Source: Ginglymostoma cirratum
Lineage: Eukaryota
NCBI GenBank assembly: GCA_024137785.1
Contig: JAHRHZ010000068.1
Location: forward strand, 1,479,425-1,543,424
Direction of reading: 5' to 3'
Length of the DNA: 64,000 bases
Shown: positions 1-14,200 of the stretch, piece after piece
Numbering within the stretch: position 1 is the first letter of the stretch
How the letters are laid out: the number at the start of each line of letters is the position of its first letter
Notes under the pieces: model-generated
Seen by the model: only the letters and a program-made list of their open reading frames with translations
What the model was told of the DNA's origin: nothing
Databases searched by the model: none
Made by a program: the position numbers and the translations under genes

Positions 1-477
1 ATTAGGAAATGGTGAATGTATCATCTTAATTCACTAATAAGATGGTCTAAACAGTGAGTAATTTGGTTCTGAAGTTAATTAAATATTGAGATGTTAAAAT
101 AGATGACTTGTTCATTTTTATGACAAATTTGAACGTAATCTTGCAATAATTCTACATCAAGTGTGAATATTTGCGCTCTCCGAGGCCTAGCACTAAGGAT
201 TTGTATACTTCCAATTTGAGATACCCCGTAATCATTATTGAGCACTTCATGGCATGTTTATCAAAGCCAGCTGGAACTGCTCCCCCTCCCCCCTCCAACA
301 ACAACCCTTCCACTCTGAAAACACAGTTTAGCAACAGTAAATGGTTCCAACCCCTTACTGTACTGCTGTAATATTTTCATCTGTCACTTTTTGGGTAGTG
401 TTGCCAGTTTTGGAGATCCCCTTAAGGAACTGGTTTGAAACTGTTTTATTTCATAAGAACCCTCCAGTCAGTACAGT

Positions 478-758
478 GACCTAACCTGTCCATCTTCACA
501 CTCACCTATCTGCTGCACCCTTCCCATGGACCAATCACAATAGCCCCCTATCTGCACCCACCTATCGCTATGTCTCCTACCCTTTCCCCAGCAGCCCCCT
601 CCATTTATTTCTGGGCTCCCCTCCCTCATCCCAGTCCTCATGAAGGGTTTTGCCCAAAACATTGACTTTCCTGCTCCTTGGATGCTGTCTGATCTGCTGT
701 GCTTTACCAGCCTCACGCCTATAGACTCTGGCTTCCAACATCTGCAGTCCTTGTCTCC
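478..758 (+). mobile_element. Non-autonomous Penelope-associated short element with degenerate hammerhead motif
   Basis: AGTC-CTCATGA-AGGGTTTTGCCC-AAAAC-ATT-GACT (633-667), followed by the family tail ...cctgctcc..gatgctg..ctgctgtg..ccagc...catctgcagtcc. Confidence 0.7.
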
Positions 759-3700
759 CAGCGAAGGGTTCTTATTAACTTTAGGTTGGCTGGATAAAAC
801 CTTTGTTCTTGGGGTGATGGCTGGAGAATTAATCAATCCTAAAGGCATTTTTTTTGTATAATCATAGAAGAACACCAGAAAAAACTGCAATCGGCAAATC
901 AGTTGGAAGTTTTTTCAGGGGAGAGTCAAGAGTCTCTAAATTAGTATCTTTTCCTGATAGATGAAATTCTGCATGGTTCTGGCTAGAATTAATGTTTACT
1001 TCCATTAAACATTATTAGTTGGCCTTGTCAACAAGCCTGGTGTTTTGCCAGGTAGTATATTCATCATCCAGTTTCTGACAGCTTCAAATGAAAGCCATTT
1101 CACCTTCTTTGGTACCATTTTTGTATGAGCAGTGATGTCAACAAGTTAACAGACATGAAGGACGCAGGTAGGTTACTTTGCAATATCATAACTCATTCTT
1201 CAGCAGATTTGATCATTGACCACCCACACTTCATGCCTGCTTACCTTATGACCTAGAAGTGAAAAGGTGTACAGCAAACTGTGGCTAAAGCAGAGCTAAG
1301 ATAATGCTACAGTAGAAAGACATGGACACTGAAAATGAATTGCATCTTGTAGAAGATTATGACTTTCAATGCAAAATTTAAAGTAAGAGGTAAATGTTAT
1401 ATTTCTGTCAAGGAAGTTGCTAACAATGGGGTATGGTGAATGGGCAGGAATTATATTAGATGAATGGATCAGTATGCCATCAGGGAATAATCCACATTTT
1501 TTGTAATTTATTGCACTGCTGAGTTGTGAAGTGGATTTAAGTTTAAATGGCAATTCATATAAAATATCTAGTACAGCTCTCTTAAGTATCAGTCACAGTT
1601 TTCACTTTAGAGCTTTCAGTCTATCTCTAAGCCTGTATTTTACTTTCTTTATTTGACACCTGCTGTTTGTAATCTTATCACTCTTGAACTATAGTCTTAG
1701 AAGAAATTCTGGAACGGAAAAGCTGACCTTTGGTAATATGGAAAAAAAAAATTCAGACTACTATGAACGTCCAGCTGTGCTTGTCTTTTTGTGTTCTGTT
1801 TTCATCACTTTGTTCAGTTTCACTTAATAACATCTTCATCAAGAGATCACTGTGGTGCAGGGAACTGCATTTGCTGATCAAATTCAGTTGGATAACATTC
1901 TGATCCAGTAGCCTAAAACAGCAAAGATGTGCTTCGAATATAGAAGGATAAAGCAATGTGATTGATTGATTGCTTGTAACAAATAATGATAACTACATCT
2001 ATAAATATTATATACCATTCAGCACAATCCAAAAATAGTGTTGAGGGTAACACAGGGCTTCTTAGAACTGAGGAATGATGGGAAGATAGGACAACAGAAT
2101 GATGGAATGAACAGTAACTGTGTACACAAGGTTTCTCAATCAAGGTGCTGTAGGATTAAAATATATTTAGAAATATAGTATTCTTTAGATTAGTCTCTTT
2201 ATAGGACAATAGATAAGTAGAAAGCACAGATTTGAGGAATAAAAATGGAGACACCAAAGAACTATGGAGAAAATATGTATGATTAAGCTGATACATAACA
2301 CAGTGTGTGAATTATAAACTTTACTTGAAAAGGATGGAAAAAATGACAAGAAATCACATCCTCCCTCTCCACACAACTTGGCTTCACCCCAGATTACAAA
2401 TGATACAAAGTGTATGAGACTTGTCAGTGTTGAGTTGCGTTGTTAATGGCAGAGAGTATCAGAAAAGTGCTGCATAGTGTTCACATTGATACAGGTCTCT
2501 TTGGTATAGCTTGTAATTAACTCTTTATCATCTGAAAGAATCAGGTGAGGTGTAAAAAGCTATGGCTTTTTACTTACAATGGCACAAATGTATGAGGAAA
2601 ATTTATATCACATAACAGTGCTCCAGATGAAAAACAGTAAAACTTTAATCATGGCATGGTGAGTATTTTTTAATGTAAATGTGTCAGATAATCAATGGAC
2701 TTAAAGAGTTACCAAAATCCAATTGAGTGGTGTATGTTAAATTGAAATAGGTGCCATGGGGAGTTAAGACCCCGCCTTGTGCTCTGCTGGATGTAAGCCT
2801 ATCCTAGTTCCTGTCCTTCCCTTTTTCTTTTATCCTGCGGTGCTGCTAGACTATTAGAAGTACTGTCTGGGGTAATCTTTATAATACAGGTATTGTTTTG
2901 TGAGAAAATTCTTACATTTGAATGAAATGCATAAAGTGGAAGAGTTCAGTTTTAATGATAACAGTACACCCCTACACTCTACGATTTGTTTTCATTGGCA
3001 GGGCCTCCTGGATAAGAATGACATATTTATGCAGAAAGCTGGTATTCAATTTGGAATTTGTATGTATGGATGATGAACTAAACAGAACCTAGTTGTTTCT
3101 TTCCCTCCCTTGCCTATGGAAATGTGAAGTTATTGCAGACAAGTCTGAACCCATCTACACAGCACTTGGTCACCAGAATTAATAAATAGCGAATTCTTGG
3201 ATGATTCCAAGGGGACCAAAAGTGGTGATACTCTGTTTGCAATGCTGGGAAGTTAATAAAAAAAATCATTGCTGGAATAAAGTTTATGCACAGTAGTCTG
3301 TTTGTCCTGTATTTCAAACACCTGAATATGAGCCAGAAACACTATTGGCTGCTGTTTATTTCAAACTGATGCAGAGGGAAACATGCAAATAATGGAAATA
3401 AAAGACTATTGAATTTAAACTATTTAAATTGTTTACCCCATTTTTGACATTATTTATAGCTATATCTGAATCTTGGTTAATGGATTTTATATTGCAGCTC
3501 ACAGAAAAGTAATGAATAATAGCATTTTTTTGAACCATAACTTTCCTCTGTACATTATTACGATACAAAAAGTCATATTTCTTTGTACTGTAGTTATCTT
3601 TATATTTCTCCCACTTTATATATTGTACATCTGTACTAAGTATGACACTTGGAACTAACTTGAGTGTTTCCATTCTGAACCAGCGATAAGAGAGAAACAA

Positions 3701-3933
3701 ATGATTACTTAGCATCTTCAATGTAGTAAAAATGAGTGTTATAGTGGAGCAGAACAGACAATGACACGATAGGCATGATAGCTCAAAAGTGATAGATTTT
3801 TCCATGTCATTCATTCACTGAAATTTTCATCTCTGACAATATATACCTGTTTGTTACCTGAAAAAAAAAGTCTGTAACACTGATTTGCGATGGAAATTGC
3901 TGTATTTTCAAGTGTCAATAGATGTGTAAGAAA

Positions 3934-3983
3934 CAAGTTGGGCTAAAGGATCTGTTTCCATTCTGTACATCCCTATGACTCTA
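3934..3983 (+). repeat. 3' terminal fragment of HER1/CR1 LINE (or HE1 SINE tail)
   Basis: gggctaaaggatctgtttcca..ctgtacatccctatgactcta resembles the LINE 3' end at about 25985-26040. Confidence 0.6.
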
Positions 3984-4949
3984 AATAAAAGGCTAGTCCC
4001 AAAGGTGCAGCAATTTCCAAAAAATATATAATTGTTTGTATATTTCACAGCCGCAATACTTTTGTAGTCTTAATTTAGTGCTAAGAATGACCAACAAAAC
4101 CAATCATTACCCCAATTTCCAAGACATAAATATTTGAAATACCTGGATACTTGAAAAATGTGTCGTATCATCAAAAGATTTCAGTTTTGGATAAACATGC
4201 TTTCTGAAAAGCACCCAACATATGCATTTGTGGTGCCATTTTAATTTCCAGTAATGTTCAGTCCTTCTGGACAGACTGTTGGTTGTTAGGTGTGACTGCA
4301 AAGGCATTACTTTCTATTTATCATGATTCCACTTTCATGGCATTTTACTCAGCATGTGCTCAGTTATTTTCTTAAAAATAGCTTATTTCTGGTTTCCTTA
4401 GTGGTAGAGATTGTGTTTTTACTTTTTCTGCTAATTTATTGGTTACATCTCTGATGTTCCAGTCATTTTGAAGCATATGTGGAATATGCCTGGTTTACTT
4501 ATTGGTTTCATGGAAATATGCTGGTTTCCCAGTGGTTATGACGATGTTCCTGGTTTTCCTGGTGACTGAGTCAGTTGTGTGTCTGATGTGTATTTGGCCA
4601 GCAAGAATATATTTGAGTTTCTTGGATGAGTGGGAATGTCCCTGAGTTTCTTGATGCACATTGGCTATGTTTCTTGGATTATAGTTTATTAGATGTGGAT
4701 ACAGTTTTCTAGGCATGGTGTCCATTGGTTTTGTATTTGTTCTTACAAAGGTCTATCCACTTTATGGCAATTTGTACCCATTTTTCATGGTGCTTTGTTA
4801 ACTACACATCTGATGTATTTATGTTCAGTGTTTCTTGCTTTGTTGGTCACAGGTTCTGTTTTTGAATCTAAGTAGTCAGTGTAAATATGATTTTCATATT
4901 GATTTGAGGATAGATGAGTGGTTTAAAGAAGGGACAAATGAAAATACAT

Positions 4950-5095
4950 TTGTATAGTTGCTGCACAACTCCAGGAAATGGCAAAGGGCATCAAGTAAGT
5001 GGTTAGTTAATCAGTTCTGATTGTTTGGGAGTGGGCTAAACGTTGGTCAGGAAACTAGGAGAATTTGCCGTCTCTTTCAATAGTGTTACGGTTGT
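4950..5095 (-). repeat. Old DeuSINE (SacSINE1/AmnSINE1-like) fragment
   Basis: ...aaacgttggtcaggaaactaggagaatttgccgtctctttcaatagtg resembles the Deu-domain consensus as recalled; highly diverged. Confidence 0.35.
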
Positions 5096-8000
5096 GGACA
5101 TTTCAGCCCTTGATGTAATGCAGTGCGTTTCCTGTACCTTTGAGATGTGATATGCATGTATTTTGATTTTTCATGATGGATATTTCTTTGGAATTCTTTT
5201 GCAGTTTAGTGATGTACGTACTGTCCAACGTTTATTAAATTTATATTCAAGAAGTGAGGACTTTGGATAATGTATTGGTACCATTTTATTGAATTGTACT
5301 TTGCACTTTTCAGCATTCAGAATTTGGAAAATTTTAATTTGTTAATATTATTTTACAGAGACTGCAAGTGCTTTTGGAAAGTTACAATTTCAGTTCAATG
5401 CTTAATTCTGGAGAAACACAGTGTTAGTTTCTGTTGAATATAAAGTATTTGCAGTATTTCTATTGAAAATGTATTAAATAGTTGCTTTATTATTAAAATT
5501 ATATCTTTATACTAATCCAGTAAAGTTATGAATTGCATTTATTAACTATTTGAAATTGAACTATGAAAGGTATAAACTGAATTGGTCATCAGCAAATCTT
5601 TGGCAGTTGAGCCCCTCCTTCCAGAAGACTGCTTTATGCCCCTCAGCTATACACCTTGAATAAAAACTACTTGTGTAAATCAGTACAAGTAATCTGTAAA
5701 TATAATAAAGGATTTCTGACTTTCAGGTATGGCTTTGGCTTTAGGAGGGTTAATGAGTTATTGGGTGACTTCTTGCTGGAGGAAATCTATGTTGTTACTT
5801 GTTTTGCTGCCATGACAATGTCATTCTTCATGCTTTATAAATAACGCACAGTAATACAGAAAAACATTTCAACACATAGGAGTTTAGGTTCATCACAAGG
5901 CCAGAACAGAAGTCCACTCATGTTGTTATAATGCCCCCAACTGCTTATGGAGGAGGTTAACCTTTGTAAACTTGGAACATACTCTGTATTAAGAATATTG
6001 ACTGCAGGGGATAAAAAAAAAGTGTGTTGGATCATCCACTACTGTACGTTATGGGACTTTGATCATGTTTAGTTTTGCTTGAATTTTTTCTTAGTTTTTG
6101 TGTCAACTGCAATATCTGGAAATGGTTCACAGTAATTTTTGGGTAATTATAAATATATTGCAATTTCATTAGCAAGGATTTAGATGTTTACTCATTAGTC
6201 CATTTTTTTTTCAAGCACTATTGGACATTCCTCTGTGTTTAGTTAGAGAATATTGTAATAGAAAAGAAATTTTCCAGTATTGATAGCAACAGCTTGCAAC
6301 TAATTAAAGAGCATAAATGTTGAAATTGTGTGAGAATAATAATGGATTAAACTAATTAATTTTATCAAGAAATGGATTATCAGCAAATGTTAGCTGCAAA
6401 TATAATCATCAAAAACGGAATATATTTTCTTCTATTAATGCTGCACTATGTAAATATACTAGTCCGAGATGTGCAAGCAGATATGTTGCGAGAAGCAAGC
6501 CAGCGTGATCTTGATAAAAGATTTTGCCTGTGAACACCTAGCACCGGCTGGCAGAATGCAGGGCTGGCATATTCTGATATTAATTCCACAATTGTGCAAT
6601 GTTGGTTTGAAGGCAGGATAGCATTTTGGGCCCTGTATATCAGTTTATGCTGTGCCTTAATCTTGCAAAGCTGAACATGTGTTCAACAAAATATAAACCT
6701 CCTACCCACTCTATTTATATGGATTAAGAGCACTTTTTAGGTTAGTTACTGGTTATTTCTTCTGACTGATGGTGTAAGTCCAAGCTTTCCCATACTTGTT
6801 TGAAGTTTAAATGCTCTGGCATCTTTTTAATGCATTAAAGGTGCTCTATAAATGAATTTGTTGTTGTACTGATAGAATTTGCTTCTCGAATGTGAGTGAC
6901 CTGGCAGCTTTTTCTCTGACAATTGTACATGACTGGGAGAATGAAAACTGGACGTGCAGAATAAGCTGTTAAAAATGGGAGGGGAACTAGAACAATGGGC
7001 TGGGAGCAGGAGGCCATATCCACTGAGGAACTTCAGGGGTGATTTCTCTTAACCTTAATCTCAGTGAGGACTCAAAATGTCTTCACTTCACAAGAAGGTT
7101 GTGACTGAACTTTCCCGATTGCTATACCACAATTGAAGACTCAGTAGTACAAGGATTGCATTGTCGGGTGCTGTGAAGGTGCTCATCGTCGCCAAGCTGT
7201 ATTAGTTGCATTACTTCATCCAGTTACCACTTGACATATGAGCAACCACTGGCAATCCAATGTACAATACCACATTAGAAACTCGTGATTTTTGGGGAGG
7301 CTGGAGTGGAGGGGCCTTGGAGGGGGGAAGAGGGTGGGATTAATGTGAAATACATTGGGTGGCTCTCTGGATCGCTCTAGAGAAGTTCTACATAACTGAG
7401 TAATATCAAGGTTGGCGGTGTAATGAAGTAACAGCTCTTGCCATTGACAAATCAGATGAGAAGCTGAGGAGCAGAAGCATGTGAAGAGAGAAGTGCGAAG
7501 AAGGCTGAGAAATTAAAAGAGGAAGAGAAAGTGGCATCCTCTTTGTGCTCAGGCTATATGTGACAAAAGAAGTAACGAGCAATACGGGCAACCTGAACCA
7601 CACCTTCTCATTAATAAAGTTTCTTCTCTTTCTTCTGTCACTGACCTCTTGCCAACAAAGAAAAATAACTTTAAAAATCAAATTATACATTTAAGTTCCT
7701 TTCTGCATTCCCTTTATACCTGCCTTTTCATAACTGTTTGCTTGTCTTGTGCCACTTTTTTGAGATTCTGTAGCGGTTGCACCACAGACGGCCAAAGGTT
7801 GCTGACCATCATTGTTGATAGCCTTTGAGGCAACCTCAAGCTTTAGGCCCAGAAGAGCTGGTTTAACGCAGCACCTTCTCAGTTTGGGCACCCTGCATTG
7901 TCTTTTAACATATATTAGACTAGGATATACTTTGTTTTTGTTAAGTCAGCCTAATAAATCAAGACGTGAAAGGACATCTCAACTCTGAAAAGAAACACTG

Positions 8001-8820
8001 CAGGATGCTTATATGCAGGACATGCCATCAGTTAAAGGAGCTTCAGCTCTGGCTTTTTGAGGTTGTGCTTCAGCAAAGCTATGAGCTACTTTTTGAATTT
8101 AACAACGCCACAGCTTAGGGTTCTACAGGAATGAATGATTTCCACGCAGTCATGAAGACCAAGCAGAAAGCACTACAATTCCCTGGAGCATCTCAAATGT
8201 GGTTAAGGGCGATTGTTTCTTCCAGATATACAGTCAGAGCACAGTCAGTAACTGGCTCAACTTTGAGTGTGTGAGTGCGAGGAGGTGGCGGTCAGATGGA
8301 GCAACATTAGGAAGAAGGTCAGGACAGCAATATTGATAGTAGTTTCATTTGTTAGGGGAGCAGATGGGCATTTTGTGGTTGACATCATGATTCCAGGATC
8401 AAAAATGTCCACAATTTGAGAGAGGAGAATAAATAGCCAGAGATCGTTGTCAATGTTGACACCAATAACATGGTTTGAAAGAAAGGCGAGGTCCTGCCAG
8501 TATCTTTCAGATAGCTTGGAAAGAATAGGACTTTGAAGACAGTAATATCTCGGTTAACTCCCTGTGCCATACAGTAGTGAGTGAAGAGGTTGGAAGGTAG
8601 TGCAGCTGACTGTATGTTTGACCGGGGAGATGAAGCTGGCTGGATGGCTTTAGGTTCCCATGGAATTATGATGGACTTTTGGCAGACTGAATCTTTATAA
8701 TGGGGCCAGGAGCAAATTGTTTGCAGAGAGGTTCTGGTGCTGTTTGGAAGCGTGTAAATTACCTTGCTAGTGAATGGTAACCGAGAATAGATTAAGAAGT
8801 CAGAAGCAAAACTAGAAATA

Positions 8821-9042
8821 ACTAAAATGAGGAGGAATTTCTTCAGCCAGAGTGCGGTGAATGTGTGGATTTCATTGCCAGAAAAGGCTGTGGAGGTCAT
8901 CCTTAAGTGTATTTAAGACAGAGACAGAAAGGTGCTTGATGAATAAGGGGATCAAAAGTGATCTAGAGAAGGCAGGAGAATGGGGGTTGAGAAACATATC
9001 AGTCACGATCAAGTGATGGAGCAGACTTGATGGGCCAATAAT
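8821..9042 (+). mobile_element. Nested CR1 3' fragment
   Basis: atgaggaggaatttcttcagccagagtgcggtgaatgtgtgg encodes MRRNFFSQSAVNVW, the ORF2 C-terminal motif also seen in the 28244-28627 ORF (MRRHFFSQRVVGLW), followed by the 3' UTR. Confidence 0.75.
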
Positions 9043-9763
9043 AGAAGGCAAACAATTAATAAGCAAGATTAGAAGGTTGAGGGAACAATGGAAGGTTGCA
9101 GGCTTGAAAATGGCCAGTTAAAGGAATTGTTCATTATAAGTGGTATTCCCTTCAATACAAAAAGACAGGTCAAATAAGATAAATAAGCTGAAGACAGAAT
9201 AGCCATGTGAAAACATAATACTATCCTACAATAAAATGGCTCAAAGAAGTACAGGAAGATGATTCACCTTCCTAGTTGCATGATTTTTGGATAGGATCGA
9301 GCATGCAAATAGAAGAGGGTGATCACATCGTTGGTTTAAGGAACAATGACAGCAATGAGGAGAGATGATACGCCAAAAAGAGAATCAAAAGAAGACACAA
9401 GGGTTGAACTGAAGAACAAAACCGGGACAGTCACATTGCTGGGAATGTAATATAGACTCTCAACAAGTTAGAAGGAGGTGGAACAGTAAAATGTAGGTAA
9501 AATGCTGAAAAGTGCAGAAATGGCAGTAATATTACATGATTTAAACTCCTTAATATTAATTGGAATAAATTCATTGTAAAAAGTACAGAATTTTTAAAAT
9601 GCATTGAGGAGAATGTCTGTCTTCTTTTTATTTTATACTAGAACCTGCAACAGAAAGACCAGCTTTGAACTCAGTTTTAGGAAATGAAACTGAACTAATG
9701 GGAGGTGTGTAAGTGAGAGAACATTTTAGTGGTAGTGGTTATAATTCAACTTGACTTAAAAGT

Positions 9764-10481
9764 TGTCATCGAGTCTGTGCTGTCAAAGTTTGTGTTTGTT
9801 GAGGCAGACCTTAACTGAAATCGTAAAATATAAAAGGGAAACAAAAAATAGGAAGTGATCTTCCCAATTTCCACAGAAGTGAAGACTGAGGCTAAGTTTA
9901 GAAGCCAAAACCTCTGGGCAGGCTAAAACTGGTTGACTATATGAGGGAATGTAGAATTATCCATGCTTGATATAAGCAGTTGACAAGTGCAGTGGTACAG
10001 TTCAAACAAGCAGAACATCACAGAGCCCAAATCCAGAAACTGAGAGTAAGTTGTTGAAACTGTTTCTGCTCTTGAAGATAACATCAGTGGATCTATATTA
10101 TCCAGATCAAGTTGCCGAGGCTCTGCAGATACCAGTTTTGGTGAAGGTGATGCCAATGGAACTTGGGTTGGTTGTGCACTACTATTGACCGAGAATGAGG
10201 CTAACTCCTTCAAGGAAACGAGCTGAAATTTCCTGTGAGGAAGACAGACTTCTGCAACTTAGTTTAATGACCTGTGGACAGTTGAGCCAATTCATAATAA
10301 TCTGTTTTATTGTATCTACCATTAATGTGCCATTTCTAGTTTATATAATCATAACTTGCTTGTTAATTCATATTTTTCGTACATGTTGGAATATTGTGGC
10401 TTCATTCTTTCTTGTAAATAACTGATACTTTGGTTTTATTGAAACAAAAACACATTATTAATTTGTATCAAGATTATAACA
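9764..10481 (+). mobile_element. Possible solo LTR inserted in the old CR1
   Basis: About 720 bp interrupting the CR1, with TGTCA...ATAACA ends. No convincing TSD. Confidence 0.3.
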
Positions 10482-11147
10482 ATGGTAATGAACAGAGATA
10501 GACCAAGAGTAAGATTTTTAAATTGAGGAAAGTCCAATTTTACTGAGCTCAAGAAGTGTACTGGAGCAGCTGCTTGAAGATAAATCTGGGAAAATGCAAT
10601 AGGAAGCTTTCAAAGAAGAGCTGTAAAGGACTAAAGACAAATATGGTCCAATAAATAACAAAAGGGTAAGAATCATTAATCTGCACCTTTGAATGCCAGA
10701 GAAAATATTGAATAAATCAGCAGGCTCAGATTAAATGTACGAGTGTGTGCTAAGGGAAACAAAAGAAGAAACAATAGCGGCTTTGATCTTTATATTCAGA
10801 TCTTACCTAGCTAGAGACATTGTACTGGAGGACTGTTGACATCGTACAATTGTTTAAAATGGGAGGAAGGGAATTTCTAAATATTAGAAGTTTATCACCT
10901 TGTTGGTAAATAAAGTTGGCAAATTTTTGGAAAAAAAAAATGCAAAGAGATAATTTAACAAATGGAGGACGACCAGCCTCTGGTCTCTGGCTGCTTCCAG
11001 TTGGGTTCCACAGCACGTTGTACTAGATGCTGCTCATGAAGTATATCAATGATTTTAGATTAAAATGTAGACAGCATGATTAAAAAGGTTTTAAAATGAC
11101 TTGATAATTGATCATCTGGTTGATAGGAAGCAAACTGTAAGCTGCTT

Positions 11148-11270
11148 GAGGGAGGGTTCTTGTGGGCACTGGTAGTTTTCCTATCTCTGGTCCAGGAGCT
11201 CAAGTTCACATCCTACTTGCTACAGAAGTTTTTAATAAAATCCCTGAACAGGTTGACTAGAAAATATCTA
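11148..11270 (+). repeat. Short tRNA-like SINE nested in CR1
   Basis: A/B-box-like head (tgtgggcactggtag...aagttcacatcc), flanked by taagctgct / taaactgct as a possible TSD. Confidence 0.35.
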
Positions 11271-14200
11271 AACTGCTGAAGAATATCAGTGGACTGGTAA
11301 TGAGGGCAGAAAAATGACAAATGAAATTCAGTCTGTAGAAGCATATTTCAGGAGGACTAGAAGCCAAAGCAATGTGTATAAAGTGATAGGATTCTGAGAA
11401 ACGTCAAGTAAACAGGGATCCTGAAGCATAATGTCTCTAGATTCTTGAAGGTAGCAGGACAGTTGGGAGACATAGTCAAGAAAGCGTAAGGGAGACTTTA
11501 TTGACAGGCTTAGAATATAAGAAGAGGGAGGTTATGCTAGAACTGTATAAACATACTAATTCAAGGTTAAAGTCAGGGAGGATGTGATCACATTCGTAAA
11601 AAGCTGTAGAATAGATTTATAATTGCTAGGAATGAAAATCTTTAGTTATATGCAGGTTGGGTGAGCTTGGGTTGTTTGGAGTGTTAGAGGTTGAGGGGAA
11701 ATAGCCAGGGGCTATATATTGAAAGTAGCTGAGGGAAAGATTGCATGAGAATTGTGATGTTTTTTTCAACCAACGGGGAGGGCTGGAACACACTGTCTGA
11801 AAGGGTGGTGGAAACAGAAGTTCTCACCACATTTAATAACATACTTGGCTATGCACTTGATCTGCCATGTTCTCAAGGGGCTATGGACTGAGAGCTGGAA
11901 CACAGAATTTATCTGTATAAGTCTTTTTCAGATGGCATAAATAAAAATACTGTAAATCCATCTCCGTTTCTGTGTTCTCTGATAGGGATACACTCGAATA
12001 AAAACAACAGAATGTTTCTATTGATAATTGATAGACTTTCTTTTTGAGTCATTAACCCGAAAGTAGACCTCAATAACTTCATGAGGTTAGTCAGTCTTTG
12101 TCAACGAATTATAAAATGACACAATTACTAATGTAGGCATATGTTTCACAGGTGTTAATTTAGGTGTGAAGAATGCTCTGTATTATCATAAACCAATTCG
12201 GGAGCAGTACAGAGAAACCTAAGGCATTAGGAAAATCATTGAAAAGATGCCTTAATTAGCAGGATTTTCTGTTTTTAAAGGTTATAATGTTCTGTGAAAT
12301 GACTTAGTTTAAAGATGAATATCAAATGTGTCACTATTTTAAATTGATGTACAGCAAGCAGAATGCTAAGCATACATATGGATTAAATGTGAATATATGT
12401 GTGGATCAATTGTTCACTGTATATTTGACATTAAAAATATTAAGAGTCAAGAACACCACCCTAAGAACATATGAATCCTACAAGTGCTACATTTTTTACA
12501 ACAGTAGATGATCTTTTTCACTAAGATTCTATTAGATTTTTTGCACATGCAGATCAGGTGAAATAAATTGGGATTCTGACTTATTTATTTTTGTATCAGT
12601 GAAAATCATGATGAAATTATTTTCTGGTGCATTGCGAAATGCATGGGTCTGTTTTACTTTTGCTTTTATTTCTTCTTTCTTTAACTCCTTACCCTGCAAT
12701 GTTCCTCAACTAGGATTGATGAGGCACCCTGCTTTTAAGCAACTATCATTTCCTTTTGAGCAACATTAGAAGGATATATGTTTGCAAAAATATGAAATCA
12801 AATGGTTAATTTTTAAAATACACTCCATCCTTAAACACCACCTTAGAATAAATCTAAGTAATTGCATTCTTCAATATGGACCTGTATTGAGGGCTTTCAT
12901 AAACCTTGTGTTGGTGACATCATTTGAAGGCTGGATGAAGATTGCTGGATATAAAACCTCTATTGTATTTGGTACATTTTACTACACAGGCAATTCAGCA
13001 TAAAAATTGTCTTCATTCAGTCTATTAAGCTTCATGAAATTGCTTTAAAAAATAAAGTCTCCTAAAAGCTAGTGATGTCTTACTAACATAATACCTTTCA
13101 CTGAATATTTTCAGTTTAAAGTCAGAACAAGAAATGTGTGTTACATTACTGTGTGGCATGGGATATTAGATAATTTATTTTGAAAATACTGTGATGTGAG
13201 AAGCTAATTCTGTCACTTTATATTCTGTGGCATAGGCAGATATCTCTAAAATGTGTTTCTGTGATATTTTAAATTTTTTGTTTTCTTGATTTACTGAGTT
13301 TTAAAATGTTTCGGCAATTTTGTGCAACCAAATTTTCATGTTATTCACTTTTCACATTCACACAAAGATTTCATATGATAGAACCGAGGTATTCGCACAG
13401 TGCAGTAAAACACAGCTTACTAGTTACGTGAAGTACAAATAGTAATAGCCAAATGATGCTGATTTCCCCCCTCCCTTTGCTTATTACAGAGGCAGATTTT
13501 TTTCTATCATTAATGAAGGTAATTTGCTGTGGTTGAGGGATTGCAATTCAAAAGAATTAATTCAGCATTCCCACTCCAAGATTTAAACACATCTTAGACT
13601 TTTTCACAGGTCGTCTGTTTAGTGGATGGTGTTACTCTCGCATAGCAGCTAATGGGCTTGAACCGCAGCCTGTCATTTATTGTTACCTAAGTGTGTAGGT
13701 CCTTTGCCCTTGATAGTGTCTGTGCTTGCCTAACAGAACAACTGTGTTTAGTACAGGATTGTACATATATGTGGCATTTTAAGTACACTTTAGTAAGTAC
13801 TAAAGTGACTTCTATCCAGTGTGGTCGCTGAATTGTGTTAAATATCTAAAGTAGGATGGTTGAGGGGAGGTGCAACATGCAACTCTGAGATTAAAGTTGA
13901 TATTGTATTTTTGTACTGTGTCCTTTTGTTGGAACCATAAATAGCAGGAGTTTGCTTATGCAGATAATGAGCAGTATAACCAACGCAAAAATGAGAAATC
14001 AAAGAAGCATTTTACATGTAATAGGTTTCCAGACCATTTTCATGAACAAATAACAGCCAGAGAAGCTCTCTGCCACATTAGAGAGAGCTTCCTTTTTAAA
14101 TCTACTATTTATCATCTGTAAGATTTCTGATATTGTTGAAATAAGATGCTTTCTCATTCTCAATTAACTTAAAGCAGGGGTGTTAAAGATGCAGAAAGCA

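Larger units (their letters stand above)
8330..11950 (+). mobile_element. Old, heavily degraded near-full-length CR1 LINE with nested insertions
   Basis: ORF1 esterase-like remnant at about 8330-8780, endonuclease-like at about 9130-9760, and RT/3' region at about 10490-11950. All frames are broken. Confidence 0.65.

Noticed and set aside
468-890. 140-aa minus-strand ORF
   Set aside because: Overlaps the non-coding short repeat element on the opposite strand.
3356-3814. 152-aa minus-strand ORF
   Set aside because: AT-rich composition with no domain motif; likely chance.
8385-8900. 171-aa minus-strand ORF
   Set aside because: Antisense reading of degraded CR1 sequence; no recognisable domain.
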